A stretch of DNA of 64,000 bases, taken from NCBI GenBank assembly GCA_000004985.1, contig GG738849.1; one strand, 5' to 3'. The position numbers and the translations under genes were made by a program. Below the pieces are notes generated by a model. That model was not told the DNA's origin. It made no database searches and saw nothing but the letters and a program-made list of their open reading frames with translations. Positions 59,194 through 64,000 of this stretch are shown here, piece by piece; the first letter of the stretch is position 1; each line of letters starts with the position of its first letter. The stretch is from Naegleria gruberi (taxonomy: Eukaryota).

Positions 59194-60552
59194 TTACAGG
59201 TTCAATCTTTCCAAATAGTCATTCATCAAAATGTTGTTTGTATCATTCTTTCGTCTCAAATTCTTAAAATCATTCCATTTTGGATAGAGATCTTCAGAAT
59301 CAAGTTTCCAATCCAACTTGGCCCAGTGAGGTCTTCCTCCCAACTCTAACATGATCCTATTGTATTCAGCAAAATATTCTTGGTATGGAATAGTGAAATC
59401 ATAAGGTCTATACATGATAATTCCAATATAACAGCTATCTCTACCATAACATGGACTCAACCAAACATCATCCCTCTTTACAAATCTAACCTCAACTGGG
59501 AAGTGAACCTTATATTTCTTTTCTTCAATCATTTTTTTAAGTCTCAGGAGAGCTTCTTTAGTATTCTCAATTGGAATGGACCACTCATTGACAAATTGCT
59601 TGAATAGGCAATCAAAATTGAATACTTTAAAGCTGACATCATGAACTTGAGTTTTAGAACTGAATAATAAATTAAACCAAGTATTGTTAATCATAGGAAT
59701 AAGGGAAGGAATAAACTTGGAAACAAAGAGAGCAAATTCGAGTGAATAAAATCCAACCAGTCTATCAATAAAAAAGTTACGAATTCTGCCAAAGAATGTA
59801 ATCTTATCTGAATCACCAACAAATGTCTTGCTATCAATCAAGCTTCTGGTGGCACTTGTAGTGATACACTTATCATTGGTTGTGTGTGGGAACCACCAAA
59901 ATCTCCAATGATCTGAGCTAGGAATGAGTGAATCCAAATTTTCCAAAACTTTTGTAAGTGTTGATGGTTCCTGAACTTGAGTTAATGCAAAAGCTTCAAC
60001 ACATTGAATGGTAACTGTTGAAATGATACCCAAACATCCCAATGAGCAAACATAGGCATCGAAATCCTCATCTCCCTTTTTAACAGTCACAACTTGACCT
60101 GATGGTAAAACAATATCCATTTCCACAATAAAGGTTGGCAAACATCCAAAATTAATACCAGTTCCATGAGTACCAGTAGAAATAATGCCAGAAATAGTTT
60201 GGAATGAAATGGATCCCAAAACTGCTATGGCCATATTGTAATTCTTGTACAATTCGGCATTAATAGTTTCGATGGTTGTACCAGCTTGAACTTTTGCAGT
60301 CAACTTTTCCTTATCTACACTAATAATCTTTGAATATTGATCCAGAATGATCATGTGACCATTTGTGAGTGAAATATCACATGGTGAATGTCCAGAACCA
60401 ATCACTTTTACTTTCTCTCCTCTAAAATTAGCAACCTTGACAATGGTTTGAATTTCCTCTTCACTCTTTGGATGATGTACAAAGGTTGGTTTGGATTTGT
60501 AAATGTTGGCCCAATTTCTAAACACAAATCTCTTATTCGGAGCAAATTTAAT
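59194..60552 (-). CDS. Exon 2 (452 codons plus stop) of the FAD-linked sugar-1,4-lactone oxidase gene (L-gulonolactone oxidase / D-arabinono-1,4-lactone oxidase family, VAO-type flavoprotein)
   Basis: The long minus ORF 59194..60525 (443 aa in the track) begins in the track at a GTG, not an ATG. The same frame stays open upstream to 60552 (IKFAPNKRF-VFRNWANIY...), where a TAG|ATT acceptor sits. Conserved family features read directly from the translation: the N-terminal FRNWA..Y..KP motif; GSGHSP (59 aa into exon 2), containing the His that is covalently flavinylated in this family; GSISFQTISGIISTGTHG, the FAD-binding PCMH-type domain; and the C-terminal GGRPHWAK (HWAK) motif of the ALO domain. 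These are established hallmarks of GULO/ALO enzymes. Confidence 0.85.
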   Translation of the reverse strand: MKFAPNKRFVFRNWANIYKSKPTFVHHPKSEEEIQTIVKVANFRGEKVKVIGSGHSPCDISLTNGHMIILDQYSKIISVDKEKLTAKVQAGTTIETINAELYKNYNMAIAVLGSISFQTISGIISTGTHGTGINFGCLPTFIVEMDIVLPSGQVVTVKKGDEDFDAYVCSLGCLGIISTVTIQCVEAFALTQVQEPSTLTKVLENLDSLIPSSDHWRFWWFPHTTNDKCITTSATRSLIDSKTFVGDSDKITFFGRIRNFFIDRLVGFYSLEFALFVSKFIPSLIPMINNTWFNLLFSSKTQVHDVSFKVFNFDCLFKQFVNEWSIPIENTKEALLRLKKMIEEKKYKVHFPVEVRFVKRDDVWLSPCYGRDSCYIGIIMYRPYDFTIPYQEYFAEYNRIMLELGGRPHWAKLDWKLDSEDLYPKWNDFKNLRRKNDTNNILMNDYLERLNL

Positions 60553-60606
60553 CTATTTTTTTAATAAATATTAATTGTTATCCAAAAAATTGTTATCTTT
60601 GCTTAC
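60553..60606 (-). other. Spliceosomal intron (54 nt, phase 0) of the lactone-oxidase gene
   Basis: Minus-strand sequence gtaagcaaagataacaattttttggataacaattaatatttattaaaaaaatag has a canonical GTAAGC donor and a TAG acceptor and is very AT-rich. Removing it joins the exon-1 ATG frame to the exon-2 frame exactly; exon 1 is 75 nt, so phase 0. Without splicing the first in-frame ATG in exon 2 lies downstream of the GSGHSP motif, which would truncate the FAD-binding region, so the spliced model is strongly preferred. Confidence 0.75.
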
Positions 60607-60681
60607 ATTATCCAATTCCGATACTCCTCCTCCAACTAGGACTGAAGATGATGAAGAAGCAGCATTAGGTTGTGCAGACAT
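60607..60681 (-). CDS. Exon 1 (25 codons: MSAQPNAASSSSSVLVGGGVSELDN) of the FAD-linked sugar-1,4-lactone oxidase gene
   Basis: Minus ATG at 60681 in a ttaaaaaaaATGtct context, which is A-rich upstream like the other starts in this window. A Ser/Gly-rich low-complexity N-terminal extension ends at the GTAAGC donor. Joined to exon 2 the full product is 477 aa. Confidence 0.7.
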
Positions 60682-60847
60682 TTTTTTTAAAATTGAGTTT
60701 TCTTACAGTTTGGAGAAAATGAGGAAGTATTAATTTTGAAAGCTCCTTTCCATCACACAAATCAAATTGCAGATTTTAACTCCGTAGTATTATAATTGGA
60801 AAGAGAATGAGTTATTAGTAAAAGAAAAAGAATTGAATTGAATATTA

Positions 60848-62455
60848 TTAACAACATGCAATCAGTTCATGATTTACTAAGTGTTCATAATCTACATCGT
60901 CTTCATTGTGAGAGATCATGTGAGATACCCACTCTTCATTGCCAAATGATAAACGATCTACATGATGGTGTTTAATAGCAAAGTTGGTAGAGTCTGAACA
61001 GTTCATGACTTCATTAACTCCATCTTCTATTAAACCCCTTCTGAGAGATTCCTTTCTGTATTTACATGGTTGAGATGAGTTCAAACTCAAATAGTGATAA
61101 TAGAGGGGAGAGTCAATACTTTTAAGATATTCAACACTGTCCTTATCCTTTTCCAGGAAGGCATAAAGATAACAGCAGATGGCTCTCCACTCATTCAGGA
61201 ATGGGATTGGATTAACATTTAAATTGAGTATTCTAAACGCCTTCTTTAACAATTGAATCATATCTTCGTGTCTATGATTGGTCCAATAACGAAAGACATA
61301 GGTACAAATCTCCCTAGCATCATCTCCCATATATTTACTGGCACAATAAATGTTGGAGAGGGCATTCTTTGGGAGAAAGTTGGAACAGAATGAGTATTCG
61401 TGAGCATCCATAAAGTGATCGGTTTCAACTGTAAATTCATACTCCTCACACAATTCGATGAGTTGTCTCTTAGCAATCTTGTTACCAAAGTAAGCTGGCA
61501 AGTAGAGTCTGAGCATGCTACTGGTACCAAAAAAGTCTGTCAGTGGGCAAACTGTAAGGAAACGAAGAGTCAACTCGATTGGATAGAAAACTTGGGAGAT
61601 AAAATTACTATTTTTGAGTATTTTAAGCTTGGAAACGAGAGATTTGAAATCGTAAATAGTTTTCAATGGTACACATTGACAAATTCTACTCAAAATTTCA
61701 AACTCTTCAACTGTACAACCACTCTCAAACTTTTCAATTAACTTGGTTGTGAGAGTTGGATTTGGTCTGAAATGGAATACAGTGTCGTATTGATTTTTCA
61801 TTTGGGGAAGAAAATCCTTCTTGTACACTTCAGAAGGAGCATTGCTGACTGATCTCTGTTTCCATTCGTTGAGTAATTGATCGAGTGGAACGACCATATT
61901 CTCCAAACTCTTGTATCTATCACAGCAAACACTCGTATACAGAACATCACCCAAGAAAATCATATCGATCAGAGTTCTATATTGTTCAGAGTGATGAATG
62001 GTAAATCTAATGATATTGAATGTAAAGAGGATTTTTTGCCCCATCACTATTGCTTCACCTGCATCTTTGGTTACATCTGTTAATTGAAATCCATTGAAAT
62101 CTCTATTTCTCATTCTCATGGATACTCTTCTCTGGTTGGGATAACGTGGAGCTGATTTTCTTCTTGAGAACAGTATCTGCTTGTTGCATTTCTCCAAGGT
62201 CTCTACCGATTCACATATGGATTCATAGTAACGTTGTTGAAATTTGATCACCTCCAACTGATTCTTTTCTAGGGCTTGTATAATCATTGTATTGATAAGG
62301 TTATTATCAATTGTATAGTACATGTTAAGGTGAATAGATGTTCCTTCCTGAGCACGTGTTGTCTGTATGGCCTTCTCTATCAGGGCGGAATAGCCACCCA
62401 CCGAAGGAACACAAGCAGGCATTTCACTAATGTTTTCCAATACTGTCTTGGACAT
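60848..62455 (-). CDS. Uncharacterised protein, 535 aa; no recognisable family or domain signature; ends in ...ELIACC
   Basis: Uninterrupted minus ORF of 536 codons from the ATG at 62455 (context atcaaaaacaacATGtcc, with an in-frame TAA 8 codons upstream and no intervening ATG) to the TAA at 60848. Its length is far beyond chance in AT-rich DNA. I recognise no catalytic or binding motif (no P-loop, Rossmann GxGxxG, kinase or DxD signatures). There are no long hydrophobic segments suggesting transmembrane helices, and no N-terminal signal peptide. It is moderately Cys-rich and ends in a Cys-Cys dipeptide. Confidence 0.7.
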   Translation of the reverse strand: MSKTVLENISEMPACVPSVGGYSALIEKAIQTTRAQEGTSIHLNMYYTIDNNLINTMIIQALEKNQLEVIKFQQRYYESICESVETLEKCNKQILFSRRKSAPRYPNQRRVSMRMRNRDFNGFQLTDVTKDAGEAIVMGQKILFTFNIIRFTIHHSEQYRTLIDMIFLGDVLYTSVCCDRYKSLENMVVPLDQLLNEWKQRSVSNAPSEVYKKDFLPQMKNQYDTVFHFRPNPTLTTKLIEKFESGCTVEEFEILSRICQCVPLKTIYDFKSLVSKLKILKNSNFISQVFYPIELTLRFLTVCPLTDFFGTSSMLRLYLPAYFGNKIAKRQLIELCEEYEFTVETDHFMDAHEYSFCSNFLPKNALSNIYCASKYMGDDAREICTYVFRYWTNHRHEDMIQLLKKAFRILNLNVNPIPFLNEWRAICCYLYAFLEKDKDSVEYLKSIDSPLYYHYLSLNSSQPCKYRKESLRRGLIEDGVNEVMNCSDSTNFAIKHHHVDRLSFGNEEWVSHMISHNEDDVDYEHLVNHELIACC

Positions 62456-63168
62456 GTTGTTTTTGATATATATTATTTACACAGAGTATTATTTAAGGCA
62501 AACAGAGAGATTGCAATCTCACTAATGTATGGCGACTGTTAATGTTTGAAGTACTTCAATTATACTAATGGCACTGTTGGATACAACAACAACTTGAACA
62601 AATTGTAGAGTGGATAAGAAAACTTTTTTTTCTGTTTGGTTTTACCAAAACTCTGTAGAGCATTACGCTCTTATTAGACCTGCTTGGTGCAGTGCGCAAT
62701 GCAAATTTAAGGAAATAACTCACATTTTGGCCTCTTGTAGATGATTCTTGGTGGGAGATAGAACAACATCAAACGACCAAAGTATCTCCCCTATCAAAAA
62801 TGGTCTATACCCTTTGGCATTTGAATTGGAGGCAAGGTTCAAATAAGTAAGTCCTTAGACAATCTTAATGTTTTTTGCCACTTTTCAATATGGACCTCCA
62901 TAATATTAGATTTTGCAGGTACTATACCTAATATATACCTAATAACAAAGATTTACACTCTCTGTTGAAAATAATAGATCATTGAGGTTAATACACGAGA
63001 GAAGGAAAAAAAGGTTGCATGATTTCCTAAGAAAGTGATATACCATGTAGAGAAGAAAATCTCTATTGTTGATGCGTCTAAATGCAACCCTTAATAGTAA
63101 GAAACATCACCAAATGTCATACCTTCAAGTAAGAAAATTGAGAGATTTCGGTCAGAGTTTGAGGATCC

Positions 63169-63603
63169 TTAGTGCTTATTAAAGAACTGTTCAATCGGAT
63201 TTTCTCCCTTCTCAATCGCGATATCATATGAATTATGATTGAATCGATAAAGAAAATTTTGCATTTGATTGAAATAGTGATTCTCAAGTGTAGTCCGTGG
63301 ATGAACAATGGGCATGTTCAAAATTTGTGCCGTTCTGAAATAGTAAGGTTGTGAAGAGACATACTCAAGGATTCTTTCCCAATGCCTTTTAAATTCTTTG
63401 AATTGCATTTGTTCGTGACGATTCAAATAGAATTCAAAGTATTTCATTTGGATTTCAATAAACATGCTCGTAATCTTCATTTGTATCCTTCTCTTGTTAA
63501 TATTCTTCTTCAACAACTTGCAACATTTGAGTGCAATTTGATTCCTTTCCTGATTAGTTCTATTAGTTCTCTTTGATTTCAATGTATTGACTTGATCCAA
63601 CAA
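63169..63603 (-). CDS. ORF of 144 codons (unknown product) immediately downstream of, and in a different frame from, the F-box ORF. It may be the 3' part of the same gene after a frameshift or an unresolved intron.
   Basis: The track start at 63603 is TTG, not ATG; the first in-frame ATG is at 63480 (MKITSMFIEIQMKYFEFYLNRHEQ...). The frame is preceded by an in-frame TAA at 63604..63606 and overlaps the stop of the upstream F-box ORF by 25 nt. It ends in TAA at 63169. No recognisable domain. It is coding-like in composition but could be a pseudogene segment. Confidence 0.3.
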   Translation of the reverse strand: MLDQVNTLKSKRTNRTNQERNQIALKCCKLLKKNINKRRIQMKITSMFIEIQMKYFEFYLNRHEQMQFKEFKRHWERILEYVSSQPYYFRTAQILNMPIVHPRTTLENHYFNQMQNFLYRFNHNSYDIAIEKGENPIEQFFNKH

Positions 63604-63983
63604 TTATCCAAATATCTTCCATATCTTATAATCTCCTTCTGTATGGTAATATTACGATACAGGTAGCAATTTGCAAAAATATCAAACCTTCCTCTTCTTG
63701 GTAGATGTTTAGTTTGTTCCATCTGGAGAAGAAGGCATCCGTGCAGAAGAGTTTCTTCTTCCGATAAGTTGTTGATACTACTACTACTTGATTGTTGTTG
63801 CTGCAATTCTTGGTGAATCAATTTCTCCAAGGAAAAGAGCCAAAATAAACCATCGTGATGGAGTAGTAGTGAGTGAATTTGTTGATTGAGAAGTAGAAGA
63901 GTGGAGTTGTGATGAATGGGTAAATATTCTGCTAGAATTTTAAAGATAATTTCATTTGGAAGACTCATGATTTCTAGAAACAT
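63579..63983 (-). CDS. F-box domain protein ORF (134 aa) with an N-terminal F-box motif and a poly-Gln/poly-Ser tract. Probably a 5' exon or a fragment of a larger gene.
   Basis: Minus ATG at 63983 in a caaaaaaATGttt context, with an in-frame TAA two codons upstream. The N-terminus MFLEIMSLPNEIIFKILAEYLP matches the F-box consensus (LP.EI...IL..L). It is followed by Leu-rich spacing and QELQQQQSSSSSINN. It ends in TGA at 63579, only 134 aa in, which is short for an F-box protein that normally also carries a substrate-binding domain. Confidence 0.5.
   Translation of the reverse strand: MFLEIMSLPNEIIFKILAEYLPIHHNSTLLLLNQQIHSLLLHHDGLFWLFSLEKLIHQELQQQQSSSSSINNLSEEETLLHGCLLLQMEQTKHLPRRGRFDIFANCYLYRNITIQKEIIRYGRYLDNCWIKSIH
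63777..63803 (-). repeat. Short trinucleotide microsatellite, (CAA)3(AGT)4 on the coding strand, encoding QQQQSSSSS within the F-box ORF
   Basis: The plus strand reads actactactacttgattgttgttgctg. On the minus strand this is cag caa caa caa tca agt agt agt agt. Seen directly. Confidence 0.6.
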
Positions 63984-64000
63984 TTTTTGTTTTATTTCTC

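Noticed and set aside
59380-59607. Plus-strand 75-aa ORF inside the lactone-oxidase gene
   Set aside because: It lies wholly antisense to a CDS with strong family motifs, as expected by chance in a long ORF's opposite strand.
60523-60525. Track-reported Met start of the 443-aa ORF
   Set aside because: The codon is GTG (plus strand cac), not ATG. The ORF finder used an alternative-start table. The frame continues upstream to a splice acceptor, so this is an internal Val of a spliced gene.
60848-60856. C-terminal -IACC of the 535-aa protein as a Rab-type double-geranylgeranylation motif
   Set aside because: Rab geranylgeranyl transferase acts on Rab GTPases presented by REP. This 535-aa protein has no GTPase G1-G5 motifs, so the terminal Cys-Cys is more likely coincidental or a metal or disulfide site. 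Noted in the call but not promoted.
61258-61741. Minus 90-aa ORF (61258..61530) and plus 113-aa ORF (61400..61741) nested in the 535-aa gene
   Set aside because: They are alternative-frame and antisense ORFs inside a 1.6-kb continuous reading frame. Neither has a start context nor exceeds what AT-poor stretches produce by chance.
61877-62542. Plus-strand ORFs 61877..62083 and 62276..62542
   Set aside because: Antisense shadows of the 535-aa gene. The latter extends slightly past the gene start but has no independent support.
62641-62672. GTAGAGCA...GCTC segment reminiscent of a tRNA D-loop and anticodon stem
   Set aside because: No 7-bp acceptor stem, no T-loop GTTC(G/A)A at the right spacing on either strand, and no cloverleaf fold.
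62826-62850. tRNA-like T-arm resemblance (GGTTCAAAT) suggesting a tRNA gene in the spacer
   Set aside because: No acceptor stem pairing, no D-arm (TAGC/GGTAGAGC-type) or anticodon stem can be folded around it, and the 3' side runs straight into a GTAAGT motif. So it is not a tRNA.
63117-63576. Minus 63-aa ORF 63117..63308 and plus 64-aa ORF 63382..63576
   Set aside because: Both are short and overlap or lie antisense to the longer 63169..63603 ORF. They have no ATG context or motif.
63601-63603. Track-reported Met start of the 144-aa ORF
   Set aside because: The codon is TTG, not ATG. The first genuine in-frame ATG is at 63480, so the reported N-terminus is an ORF-finder artefact.
63639-63660. 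22-nt GTATCG...ATACAG segment as a mini-intron joining the two F-box-region ORFs
   Set aside because: It is far shorter than the 54-nt intron seen in this genome, and its length (≡1 mod 3) does not restore the downstream frame, which needs ≡2.
58513-64000. Prokaryotic-type features (operons, RBS, CRISPR arrays, IS elements, rho-independent terminators)
   Set aside because: The sequence has a spliceosomal intron, eukaryotic A-rich start contexts and an AATAAA 3' signal. No direct repeats with regular spacers or terminal inverted repeats were seen in the readable 5.5 kb.

Overview
Only coordinates 58513..64000 (about 5.5 kb) contain real sequence; positions 1..58512 are a single run of N (an assembly gap), so about 91% of the window cannot be seen. 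The readable part is AT-rich eukaryotic nuclear DNA with no prokaryotic, CRISPR or organellar signatures. It carries a compact array of protein-coding genes, all on the minus strand. Features I support, in order: (1) 58513..58959, the 5' end of a gene for a signal-peptide-bearing, N-glycosylated secreted or membrane protein, whose body is lost in the gap. (2) 59194..60681, a two-exon gene (54-nt intron, GTAAGC...TAG) for a 477-aa FAD-linked sugar-1,4-lactone oxidase of the GULO/ALO family (L-gulonolactone oxidase / D-arabinono-1,4-lactone oxidase), with the His-containing GSGHSP motif and the C-terminal HWAK motif. (3) 60848..62455, an intron-less 535-aa protein that I cannot assign to any family and that ends in -CC. 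(4) Two adjacent minus-strand ORFs in different frames, 63579..63983 and 63169..63603; the first carries an N-terminal F-box motif (LPNEIIFKILAEYLP) and a poly-Q/poly-S tract. Together they look like a frameshifted, pseudogenised or unresolved-splice F-box gene. Intergenic spacers are short (about 170-230 nt), starts sit in an AAAATG context, and the one clear intron is short and about 85% A+T. By inference this fits an AT-rich lower eukaryote (a dictyostelid-like amoebozoan or an early-diverging fungus), but that cannot be proven from sequence alone. No RNA genes, transposons or tandem arrays were found. The plus-strand ORFs in the supplied track are antisense shadows of the minus-strand genes. 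The most interesting item is the unassignable 535-aa protein; if this scaffold holds a genuinely novel system, it is hidden in the 58.5-kb gap.
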